Positions 19,436 to 28,458 of a DNA stretch of 64,000 nucleotides are shown piece after piece. A program made the translations under genes and the position numbers. How positions within the stretch are numbered: position 1 is the stretch's first letter; each line of letters starts with the position of its first letter. Below the pieces are notes generated by a model, which did no database searches, was not told the origin of the DNA, and was given only the letters and a program-made list of their open reading frames with translations. This DNA is from Promethearchaeota archaeon Loki_b31 (GTDB lineage Archaea > Asgardarchaeota > Lokiarchaeia > Sigyniarchaeales > SOKP01). The DNA lies in the NCBI GenBank assembly GCA_005222975.1, contig NJBI01000002.1:71475-135474 (forward strand). The letters are read 5' to 3'.

Positions 19436-19708
19436 TTGTCTGATACAATTTCCCCCGAATTAAGAGAAAAAATCGATTTGGTTGTCGAAAAAGCAATAGT
19501 AAGGCTAATTGAAAAAGCTTCAAAAGATCAATCGTTAGAGGCGTTAATAAAAACTCTAATAGTTGAAAAAGTAATGAGTAGACTTAAACCATTAATGAAT
19601 AGGTACATAGCGAAAAAAATAGCTAGAAAAGCAGTTGAAAGAATAGTCGATAGAATGTGGGATAGACACAGAGATAGATTAATGGCAAAAATTAGAGCGT
19701 TGAAATAA
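19436..19708 (+). CDS. small basic helical hypothetical protein
   Basis: 90-aa ORF with TTG start and amphipathic helices. Confidence 0.7.
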   Translation: MSDTISPELREKIDLVVEKAIVRLIEKASKDQSLEALIKTLIVEKVMSRLKPLMNRYIAKKIARKAVERIVDRMWDRHRDRLMAKIRALK

Positions 19709-19736
19709 TTTTCAATTAACTTCCTTTTTCAAAGAC

Positions 19737-20198
19737 CTAACGAGTTCTTTGATTTTTTTCAATATATCGCTGGTGATATTCTTCCGCTATAAAAAATTCT
19801 GAGACGGGTTTAATCTCCGTAACTATTTGTTTTTTATACTTTCCAGCCTTTTCAAGCATTGATTTTGCCAGGAGGGCGGTTTTTTTCTGTTCTTCGTTAT
19901 GATAAAATATGACAGATCTATATTGAGTGCCAATATCCCATCCTTGTCGATTAAGGCTCGTTGGATCGTGGATGTTCCAAAAAATGTTTATCAATTCTTC
20001 GTACGACACAATAGAAGGATCGTAACCAATTTCAACTACTTCTGCGTGCCCAGTTTCGCTCGAGCACACGTCTTTATAGGTCGGATTTTTCAAAGTTCCG
20101 CCGCTATAACCTACTCTTGTTGAAACAACGCCATTAATCTTTCGAAATTTTTCTTCTATACCCCAAAAACACCCTGCTCCAAATGTTGCTTTCTCCAT
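19737..20198 (-). CDS. msrA: peptide-methionine (S)-S-oxide reductase
   Basis: GAGCFWG, GHAEVV, QGWDIGTQYRS, AEEYHQ; start taken at MEKATF. Confidence 0.95.
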   Translation of the reverse strand: MEKATFGAGCFWGIEEKFRKINGVVSTRVGYSGGTLKNPTYKDVCSSETGHAEVVEIGYDPSIVSYEELINIFWNIHDPTSLNRQGWDIGTQYRSVIFYHNEEQKKTALLAKSMLEKAGKYKKQIVTEIKPVSEFFIAEEYHQRYIEKNQRTR

Positions 20199-20332
20199 AG
20201 TTCTATTTAGGATTAAAAAGAGGTTATTAAAAAACAATTGGATAATTTCTTATAAACAAAAATGATTGAACGCAAATATTTTTAAAATAGATATAGATAA
20301 AAGAAAAAATTTTGAAAAAATTAATTTAAGAA

Positions 20333-21973
20333 TTACTTTTTTTGAGCTTCTAAATCTTTTAATTCGCGATGAAGTACTTTTCCCACTATTGTTTTTGGAA
20401 TTTCATCAATAAATTGTACAAAACGCGGATATTTATCGCCTGCCATATTTTCTTTTGCCCAATTAATGATGTCTTGTTCGCTGATTCCCTTGTCCTTATA
20501 TTCTTCCTTCAATACGATATATGCTTTAATGTTTTCGTTTCCCTTGTCATCAATTATTCCAATAACTCCGCATTCTTGAATGGCTTCGTGATAATATAAG
20601 AGATCTTCTACTTCAGTGGGGTAAACTGAATGTCCTTTATATTTGATCAAGTTCTTTAACCTATCTTTTATGACAAAATATCCGTCTTCATCCATTAAAG
20701 CTAAATCTCCCGTCCATAACCAACCGTCTTTAATCGTATTTTTAGTTTCCTCTTCACGTTTATAGTACCCCCTCATCATTTGCGGTCCTCTTACTACTAT
20801 TTCCCCTACCTCTCCGACTCCTAGCGTGTTGCCTTCAGCGTCACATATTTTTACATCGGTATTAGGAAATGGCATTCCGATCGTGCCCGGTTTCAATTTG
20901 CCTTCGAATGGGTTTGCGGTAACGGCTGGAGACATTTCTGTTAAGCCGTATGCTTCTCGAAGCTTTGATCCTGTTAGTTCTTCAAATGTTTTTCTTACAT
21001 CATCTGGAAGTGGTCCTGCTGAGCTCAAGCAATACTTTATGCTAGACAAGTCATGATTTTGAATTCCTTCATAAATATTTAAATTGTTATAAATAGCAGC
21101 AACTCCTGGAAAGACGGTAACTTTAGTCGCTTCGATGACTTCGATAATTTCGTGAGCCTCTCTGGGGTTAAATACGCACGCTAATTTCCACCCGTTATGG
21201 ATGCTCATATTCATCATAAACCCCATGTATATATGGTAAAAGGGTAAAGCTGCGAGTAAAACCTCTTTTCCTAATTCTTTTTCAACAAACCATACTTCAG
21301 CTTGAAAAATGTTTGCAGCAATACTTCCGTGTGTAAGCATTGCTCCTTTAGGGAATCCCGTTGTCCCACCAGTATATTGTAGCTGAGCTAAATCGTCTCG
21401 AGTGATCTCGACTACAGGCGGGTTTCGTAGAGTTTCTCTTATTAAATCTTCAAAAGATGGTTCCCCTTCCATTGAAAATTCAGGTGGAGCCATAGGATCT
21501 GGACTTAGATAAGGGCCTAAATTGCTATAAAATTTATGTATTACTCCAGTATCGTTAATTATAGGATCAACCAATCCCATAAAGCCCTCCCAACCAATAT
21601 ATACCTTTGCGTCGCTATCGATTAGCTGTCGTTTTATCTCTAATTTCTTATACAAAGGTGAGATTGGCGTAACTACGCCCCCTATTTTCAAAATACCAAA
21701 ATAGTAGGCAATGAATGCGGGGTTATTAGTAAATTGGATTGCAACGCAGTCACCTTTCTTTATGCCAAGCTCGGTTAATTTAGTCGCAACTCGGTAAACA
21801 ATGTCAAGCAACATCGTATATGTGAGTTCGAACCCCATGAAATATGTTACAATGTTATTTGGGTAAGTTTTCACAGAATCTTCTAGAAAATCAATTAAAG
21901 TTTTATTTGGGATGTCAACTTCTTTTGGAACACCCTCTGGCCAATGTTTGTAATAAATTTTTTGATCTGACAT
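20333..21973 (-). CDS. long-chain fatty acid--CoA ligase
   Basis: YTGGTTGFPKG, YGLTE, TGDLA, PKTIVGK. Confidence 0.92.
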   Translation of the reverse strand: MSDQKIYYKHWPEGVPKEVDIPNKTLIDFLEDSVKTYPNNIVTYFMGFELTYTMLLDIVYRVATKLTELGIKKGDCVAIQFTNNPAFIAYYFGILKIGGVVTPISPLYKKLEIKRQLIDSDAKVYIGWEGFMGLVDPIINDTGVIHKFYSNLGPYLSPDPMAPPEFSMEGEPSFEDLIRETLRNPPVVEITRDDLAQLQYTGGTTGFPKGAMLTHGSIAANIFQAEVWFVEKELGKEVLLAALPFYHIYMGFMMNMSIHNGWKLACVFNPREAHEIIEVIEATKVTVFPGVAAIYNNLNIYEGIQNHDLSSIKYCLSSAGPLPDDVRKTFEELTGSKLREAYGLTEMSPAVTANPFEGKLKPGTIGMPFPNTDVKICDAEGNTLGVGEVGEIVVRGPQMMRGYYKREEETKNTIKDGWLWTGDLALMDEDGYFVIKDRLKNLIKYKGHSVYPTEVEDLLYYHEAIQECGVIGIIDDKGNENIKAYIVLKEEYKDKGISEQDIINWAKENMAGDKYPRFVQFIDEIPKTIVGKVLHRELKDLEAQKK

Positions 21974-22159
21974 AATTTTATTTTTATATAAGATGTTATT
22001 TATTGTTTTTGTTCTGAATATAAGTTAAAACTATACTTAAGTATGGAAGAATTTTTAACCTAGATATTAAGATATTCAGATAAAATTTTTAATGATTAAT
22101 CCTTTAAAGGATTATTAATATAATTCGAAGAAAAACTATGTTATATTATTGTTAATGAG

Positions 22160-22705
22160 GTGTTCAAAATCGACCGAGATGGTGCTTTTAAGTTATGCAT
22201 TTTTGGTGACGGAGGCGTAGGTAAAACTACTCTTATTCAAAGATATCTTACTAAAGTATTCGATGAAGATTTAAAAATGACGATTGGTGCAGATTTCTCT
22301 ATTAAAACATTCGAAATTGAAGGGAAAAAAGTTGTCGTTCGAATATGGGATTTTGCTGGAGAGGAACGCTTCAGAGTTCTTTTACCTAGTTTTGCGAAAG
22401 GCGCTGATGGGGGGATCTTTATGTATGATATTTCAAGATACACAAGTATAAAGAACTTAGACGATTGGCTCTCAATATTTGAAAGAAATGTGAGAGATAA
22501 ACAAATAAAAATACCAATAGTTATGGTTGGAGGAAAGTTGGATCTTGAGGATAAACGATCTGTTGAAACAGCTGAAGCTATTGAGTTGTCGAACATCCAC
22601 AATTTACAAGGTATTTATGAGTGTTCTTCTAAAACAGGAGTTAATGTGGAAGATATATTCGAATTTATCACGCGTAAAATGATGGAAAATGCTGGTATGC
22701 TTTAA
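22160..22705 (+). CDS. Rab-like small GTPase (eukaryotic signature protein)
   Basis: GDGGVGKT, TIGADF, WDFAGEERF, GGKLD, CSSKTG. Confidence 0.92.
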   Translation: MFKIDRDGAFKLCIFGDGGVGKTTLIQRYLTKVFDEDLKMTIGADFSIKTFEIEGKKVVVRIWDFAGEERFRVLLPSFAKGADGGIFMYDISRYTSIKNLDDWLSIFERNVRDKQIKIPIVMVGGKLDLEDKRSVETAEAIELSNIHNLQGIYECSSKTGVNVEDIFEFITRKMMENAGML

Positions 22706-22780
22706 TTTTTCTATTTTTTATAGGGAATAAATCCAATCCTTTATATTATAAACTAACTATATTAAAATGAATTTTTCGGG

Positions 22781-23593
22781 TTGAGTAGAAGCATAGAGTG
22801 GAAATCCGATTTTGTTACTAATAACGGAAATAAGTTTCATTATTATAGAACAGGAGGGGACAAACCTCCTGTATTACTTCTTCATGGCGTTATGGATAAT
22901 GGATTGTGTTGGACACCTCTTGGTCGTGTTTTAGCTAGTGACTATGATGTGATTTTACCAGATGCTAGAGGTCATGGATTGACTCATATATCTGATGAAA
23001 CATGGACTTACGAAGCAATGGCAGATGATGTTGCTCTACTAATTAAAGACCTTAATGTAGATAAAATACAATTAGTTGGTCATTCTATGGGGGCTGATAC
23101 GGCTGCTTTAGTAGCAGCGAAATATCCCGATCTTATTAAAAAGATTGTTCTTGAAGATCCCGGCTTTAGTATGAGTGAAATATCATCGATTAAAAAATCT
23201 TCCTTTAAACTTGCGATGAAATTAATATTACCTCGATTTTTAAATAGTACATATGAAGAACTATTAAAGAAAGGGCATAAGCAAACCCCATTATGGTCTG
23301 ACGAAGATTTAAAACCCTGGGCAGAGTCAAAAATTCAATTTAGGGAGAAAGATCCTAATTTAATATTTAAAATGTTTAAAAATGAATATAAATGGGAGGA
23401 AATAATTAAAAAAATCTCTTGTCCAATTCTACTCATCACCGCGGATAAAGGGTTAACCTCAGACAAGTTAGCCCAGAAAGTAATGGATGTGAGTAAAGCC
23501 GGAAAATGGGTGAAAATCGAAGGCGCAAGTCATAGCATTCGGAGAGAGCAATTTAAACAGTATGTTCAAAATATTAAAGAATTTTTAGGCTAA
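22781..23593 (+). CDS. alpha/beta hydrolase
   Basis: LLHG, DARGHG, GHSMG, GASH. Confidence 0.9.
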   Translation: MSRSIEWKSDFVTNNGNKFHYYRTGGDKPPVLLLHGVMDNGLCWTPLGRVLASDYDVILPDARGHGLTHISDETWTYEAMADDVALLIKDLNVDKIQLVGHSMGADTAALVAAKYPDLIKKIVLEDPGFSMSEISSIKKSSFKLAMKLILPRFLNSTYEELLKKGHKQTPLWSDEDLKPWAESKIQFREKDPNLIFKMFKNEYKWEEIIKKISCPILLITADKGLTSDKLAQKVMDVSKAGKWVKIEGASHSIRREQFKQYVQNIKEFLG

Positions 23594-23668
23594 CTTTTTT
23601 TAAATAATGGATTGAGGGATAAGATCAATTAAATTCAAATTATCTAATTAGAAATATTTATCGTCTTA

Positions 23669-24205
23669 CTATGCAGAAGTTCTCTTGATAACTTTAACTA
23701 AACCTTTCTTCCGTAGTTTACTTAGCATTTTTTCGACTTTATCAAGGGGTTTTTGCGAAATCTCAGCGCATTCTTCTACTGAATTCATTCCATCACACAC
23801 TTTTAACAATTTGAACTCATCTAATGATAACATTCCTAATTGAACGCTCATTGGCGAAACTTCTTTAACTACAATAGGGATCCTTACTTCTCCACCTACT
23901 TCGATGGTCCCAGCTCCAACTTCACTCATACTCGGAGAATCTCCAAAAAACGATTTCACACCCGTTATGTCGTAATTGTCATTTATATAAAGATAAATCG
24001 TGTGTTCCTGACCTGAATAATCATCTGTATCTTCTAGATCGGGGTAAAGATTTATGTGTTTATGTTCTTTAGTATATATACCCATTTTTAATCCGGATTT
24101 AATTTCTTCCTTATTTGCCCTAATATTGACCATTTCGGAGCATATATCACACCAAGCCCAAGCTTCTATAAGGCTGAAGTATTTCATTACTTTATTCTCT
24201 GGCAT
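23669..24205 (-). CDS. hypothetical protein with N-terminal CxxC and C-terminal winged helix
   Basis: WCDIC...H.H...H; CDGMNSVEECAEISQKPLDKVEKMLSKLRKKGLV. Confidence 0.7.
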   Translation of the reverse strand: MPENKVMKYFSLIEAWAWCDICSEMVNIRANKEEIKSGLKMGIYTKEHKHINLYPDLEDTDDYSGQEHTIYLYINDNYDITGVKSFFGDSPSMSEVGAGTIEVGGEVRIPIVVKEVSPMSVQLGMLSLDEFKLLKVCDGMNSVEECAEISQKPLDKVEKMLSKLRKKGLVKVIKRTSA

Positions 24206-24391
24206 CGCGTTTTTCCAAAAAAGTAAATTTTGTATAAAATAAACTTGATTATAATTATTATGTAGTGAATTAATATAAATATTGATTATGAATAATTCCT
24301 TGGAAATTTAGGTAATAATTATTTTCTAAAATCGAAAATAATTAAAGTTAAAGGATATTTTACTATCCATTATAGTTTACTAAGATTAACG

Positions 24392-24568
24392 ATGTCAAGT
24401 TTTAAAAAAAAAATGTGTTTCTCGTGTGGACGACCGATTGCGCCTTATGAAGGTGCAGTTCATTTTCCTTGTCCCCAATGCGGGGATGTAACTATTTGGA
24501 GATGCGAACGATGTAGAGCTATGGGGAACCAATATACTTGCCTAAAGTGCAGCTTTTCGGGCCCATAA
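24392..24568 (+). CDS. archaeal double zinc-ribbon microprotein (HVO_2753/DUF1610 family; not in ORF track)
   Basis: Hand translation MSSFKKKMCFSCGRPIAPYEGAVHFPCPQCGDVTIWRCERCRAMGNQYTCLKCSFSGP*; four CxxC motifs; usual archaeal position upstream of EF-1beta. Confidence 0.92.
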   Translation: MSSFKKKMCFSCGRPIAPYEGAVHFPCPQCGDVTIWRCERCRAMGNQYTCLKCSFSGP

Positions 24569-24606
24569 TTGATTGAACGACGATATTAGATAATATAATT
24601 AAGAGA

Positions 24607-24882
24607 TTGTTTAAAGTGGGAGAATTTGTAGCATTAATTGATGTTATTCCAGAAGACATAGATGTTAATTTTGAAGAACTCGTTTCAAAATTAAGAAGTG
24701 TACTTACTGATAACGCTGTTATCGAAAGTTATGAAATAAAACTTGTAGCATTTGGTTTGAAGAAAGCAAGAGTCCGTGTTAGGTACCCTGAAGAATGGGG
24801 GGGCACAGATAAAGTCGAAGAATTTTTTAAACAAGTTGAGGGAATCCAAGGGATTGATTCTATCGCTTTTTCAAAAGCTTAG
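24607..24882 (+). CDS. ef1b: archaeal elongation factor 1-beta
   Basis: PEDIDVNFEEL, VAFGLK, GGTDKVEE. Confidence 0.9.
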   Translation: MFKVGEFVALIDVIPEDIDVNFEELVSKLRSVLTDNAVIESYEIKLVAFGLKKARVRVRYPEEWGGTDKVEEFFKQVEGIQGIDSIAFSKA

Positions 24883-25382
24883 TTTCCGTTGTCATTTTGT
24901 AGACTAATCTTAAATTTAATCCGTTCTTTTAAGTCTTTCTTTGTCAAGTTTTGAATAATCTGAATTGAATCTAAATTTATTTTATCCTTATAATGAATTT
25001 TAAAAGCTTCTAACACTTCGTGAGCTTGATTAAAATTTTCAGCTTTTATTAGAACATCATAAATCCTTTCTATTTTACTCGCTGCTTCGTTAATTTCTGA
25101 AACATAAAACTCCTTTTGAACTTTTTCAGCTATAATTTTCATAAATTCTTCTTGTTTTTTAATATGATGATCCATATCTTTTTCTATTGCCAATCTAATA
25201 ACTTGTTCTGAATAATGAATAGCGTCATCGTAAACACCTTTCATTAAACTACCTTCTGCTAAATCGCTTAATTCTACTATTTTTGAAAGCGTCTCTATTT
25301 GAGGATTCTTAATAGGAATATAACTATCTTCTTGATCTAGTTTACCTTTTTTTACTTTCTGCTTTTTGTCTTTTTTTTTCAT
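24879..25382 (-). CDS. helical (TPR-like) hypothetical protein
   Basis: AE.....G.YDDAI.YSEQVIRLA helical-hairpin pattern. Confidence 0.65.
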   Translation of the reverse strand: MKKKDKKQKVKKGKLDQEDSYIPIKNPQIETLSKIVELSDLAEGSLMKGVYDDAIHYSEQVIRLAIEKDMDHHIKKQEEFMKIIAEKVQKEFYVSEINEAASKIERIYDVLIKAENFNQAHEVLEAFKIHYKDKINLDSIQIIQNLTKKDLKERIKFKISLQNDNGN

Positions 25383-25486
25383 AAGAGATATATAGAATTT
25401 GTTTTGTTCTTCTTAATACTCTAATTGAAAACTTGCTATTTATATCTTAATTATTTGAAGAATTGCATAATGAGTAAAAAAACCAT

Positions 25487-27331
25487 TTAAACTATTCTTT
25501 TAAAAAGTTTATCTAGTTCTTTAAATGAGATAAATTTCAATGTCGGTCTTCCATGAGCGCAACGAAACGAGTCCTTACATTTTGCTAAATCTATAATTAA
25601 CGATCTAACCTTTTTTAAAGACAAGTCGTCGCCCCCTCTAATGCTTTTGTGACAAGCTAAATAATTAATAATTTCTTCCAATTTTTCTGAGAAGCTTTTA
25701 TCTTTCCCTATTTCTGTTATATCACTAATTATTTCTTTAATAATCTGCATACTCGGGGTTTTTCCCATTATTATTGGGATTGATCTTAAAATGAAAGTGT
25801 TACCTCCAAAATGTTCGAAATCAAATCCAAGTCGATTAATTTCCTTTAAATTGTGTTGTAAAAAGAATTTCTCGCTCGGACTTACCTCAATTTTAAGTGG
25901 CGAAATTAATTTTTGCTTACTTTTTACGGATTTTTTATAAAGATCGTAAAAAAACTCTTTATTTACGCGCTCCGATGCTGCGTGTTGATCTAAGATATAT
26001 AAACCGCCCTCGTCATTTTCATTAATTCCTTCTAAAATAATGTAAGTTTTATTACTTAATTGGCCAGTGCGAGATATTAATCGAAGTTTAGGAAAATTTT
26101 TTGCTACGACATACTTTTCTCTCAAAAAAGTTTCTGCTGAAGTGACTTCCCCCAATCCTTTATCAACATCGTGATCAGTCAAACTTAATTGAACAGATTT
26201 CTCTATTTGGTATCTTGAACTTTTTTCAAACTCTTCTACTGAACTTTCAGACTTATCGTACGGTTCTTCTTTATCATCTTCTGCTTGAGGTGATGTAAAT
26301 TTACTAATTTCTTGAAAATCGTAAGTAACTTCTTTTTCAATAAACTTTTCTTCAACAAATTTACGAACGATATTGTAAACCTTGTTATATATGTAATCTT
26401 CGTTTTCAAACCTTATATGTAACTTTTTAGGGTGTACGTTAAAATCAATTACAGAGGGATCTATTTCTAAATGCAGAACGAAAAAAGGATATTTTCCTGT
26501 CATTAGAGTTCCTTTATACGCTTCTTGTATAGCCCTAAACAAAAGGTCGCTTATGACATACCGCTTATTTAAGATTATACTTGAATGCGTCCTATTATTT
26601 TTTGAAATCTCACTATGACCAAGTAACCCATGGAGAATTAAATTTCCTTCCTTGAAATTGAAAGGCTCCATAAATTTTGCCACATTTTTCCCATAAATAT
26701 GAAAAAAGGTCGTTTTCAAATCATTAAAAGCGGGACAATTAAGAACATTTAAATCATTATGCATATAAATGAAATGAAGATGAGGATAAGCTAAAGAATA
26801 CCGCTGTATGATATCAGTGATGTGGCCAAGCTCAGTAGGGTCTCTTTTTAGAAACTTTTGTCGCGCCGGAATATTGTAAAACAAATTTTTAACCTTGATA
26901 TCTGTTCCAATGGGACAAAAAATTTCTTTTTTATCAATAATTTTTCTATCCTCTAATATTAATTTTACGCCTCGTTCTTTTTCCTTAATCCTTGAAGTTA
27001 TTTCAACTTGACTAACTGCTGCAATACTAGCTAAAGCCTCCCCTCTAAAACCTAAAGTAGATAAAACCTCTAGATCTTCGATTTTGTTAATTTTACTACT
27101 TGTATGGCGCTCAAATGCTATTACAATCTCATCAGGAGGAATACCAATGCCATCGTCTATAACATGGATTAAATTTTTTCCGGCTTTTTTAACGATAATT
27201 CGAATTTCTTTCGCTCCAGCATCTATACTATTTTCAATTAATTCCTTCACGACATTCGCTGGTCTTTCTACTACCTCTCCGGCTGCGATCTTTTCGGCAT
27301 CATCTATTTTCTTAATTTTATTTCTTTTCAA
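25487..27331 (-). CDS. mutL: DNA mismatch repair protein MutL
   Basis: IAAGEVVERP, GFRGEAL, DFNVHP, endonuclease motifs DQHAASER, ACH and CAHGRP. Confidence 0.97.
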   Translation of the reverse strand: MKRNKIKKIDDAEKIAAGEVVERPANVVKELIENSIDAGAKEIRIIVKKAGKNLIHVIDDGIGIPPDEIVIAFERHTSSKINKIEDLEVLSTLGFRGEALASIAAVSQVEITSRIKEKERGVKLILEDRKIIDKKEIFCPIGTDIKVKNLFYNIPARQKFLKRDPTELGHITDIIQRYSLAYPHLHFIYMHNDLNVLNCPAFNDLKTTFFHIYGKNVAKFMEPFNFKEGNLILHGLLGHSEISKNNRTHSSIILNKRYVISDLLFRAIQEAYKGTLMTGKYPFFVLHLEIDPSVIDFNVHPKKLHIRFENEDYIYNKVYNIVRKFVEEKFIEKEVTYDFQEISKFTSPQAEDDKEEPYDKSESSVEEFEKSSRYQIEKSVQLSLTDHDVDKGLGEVTSAETFLREKYVVAKNFPKLRLISRTGQLSNKTYIILEGINENDEGGLYILDQHAASERVNKEFFYDLYKKSVKSKQKLISPLKIEVSPSEKFFLQHNLKEINRLGFDFEHFGGNTFILRSIPIIMGKTPSMQIIKEIISDITEIGKDKSFSEKLEEIINYLACHKSIRGGDDLSLKKVRSLIIDLAKCKDSFRCAHGRPTLKFISFKELDKLFKRIV

Positions 27332-27540
27332 TTTTTTGAGAATTTCATTTCTAATAATTTTTTGAAGTTAATATCTTTCACATTTTAATTAAATTTAAAA
27401 TAATACTCCATTAAAGTTTAAATAAATTCGATTTTTTAATCATTTCTAATGAAGTTTAAAATCTAAAGTAATTCTTTTAAATCGTTATAAATACTTTAGA
27501 TTATTCATTTTAATAATATTACCATTAATATTTTAATAAA

Positions 27541-28458
27541 ATGAGAATCGAGAGAGAATACCCTTTTCATAAATATTTTATTTGTTTTTTAGCCTTTATC
27601 ACCGTTTTATTTATTGCTTTAAGGATTCTTATCAATTTATATGATTTTCCAATATTATTAGAAATCTCTCGCGATGTCGATTTTAATATTTTATTAAGAG
27701 GATTCCATAATGGTTTAAGAGATTTTTATAAAATCGCGGAAATGCCTTCTGGAATTCCTGATTGGCCGCCATACTATCTATATTTTTGGTATTTCTTGTT
27801 TTTACCTATGGGGTTAATTCCTTTTGAGATTGGAGTTTATATATGGGATGCTTTAAGATTAATTTCTGTGAGTTATGTTATATTAAAAGCTTATAAAATA
27901 TTTGGAAATCGCAAGGATCTTTTTATTTTTTACGGGTTATTAACAATAGGTTATTTAATTGATGGGTGGTTCAATAATGTCAATTTTGTAATACTATTTT
28001 TTCTGTTTCTGTCTTATTCTTTTATGAAGGATGATGAAAAATTGCTTGCTGGAATTTTTTTTACTCTTGCTACATTTAAGATCAATTCAATTTTGTTCCT
28101 TCCGGTAATTATAGTAGCAAGGAAAATTAAATTTAGGGATCTACTGTATTATATTATTCCATTCTTTATTATCTGTCTGCCTTACCTTATATTTCCAGAT
28201 TTTCTTTCACAGATGTTGAACAATTGGCTGAGTAGTGATACAAATGTTCAAGGTCTAACAATAGTAGACTCCATTCTTTGGAAAGCTTTACAACCTTCTC
28301 ATTTAATGTTTATTAGCTTCTTATATATCATTTTTTTCGAAAGCTTAACAGAAGGAAAAAGAAAAAAGCAGATTAGAATAATTATTATAATTCTCTTTAT
28401 TGCTTATTATATATATAATTCGTTAGTTGTTTGGATATTTCCTACATTTTTACCTTAG
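27541..28458 (+). CDS. polytopic membrane protein, GT-C/GT87-like glycosyltransferase
   Basis: Multiple TM helices; DF...YY..FW..LF.P, NNVN, LATFK. Confidence 0.65.
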   Translation: MRIEREYPFHKYFICFLAFITVLFIALRILINLYDFPILLEISRDVDFNILLRGFHNGLRDFYKIAEMPSGIPDWPPYYLYFWYFLFLPMGLIPFEIGVYIWDALRLISVSYVILKAYKIFGNRKDLFIFYGLLTIGYLIDGWFNNVNFVILFFLFLSYSFMKDDEKLLAGIFFTLATFKINSILFLPVIIVARKIKFRDLLYYIIPFFIICLPYLIFPDFLSQMLNNWLSSDTNVQGLTIVDSILWKALQPSHLMFISFLYIIFFESLTEGKRKKQIRIIIIILFIAYYIYNSLVVWIFPTFLP

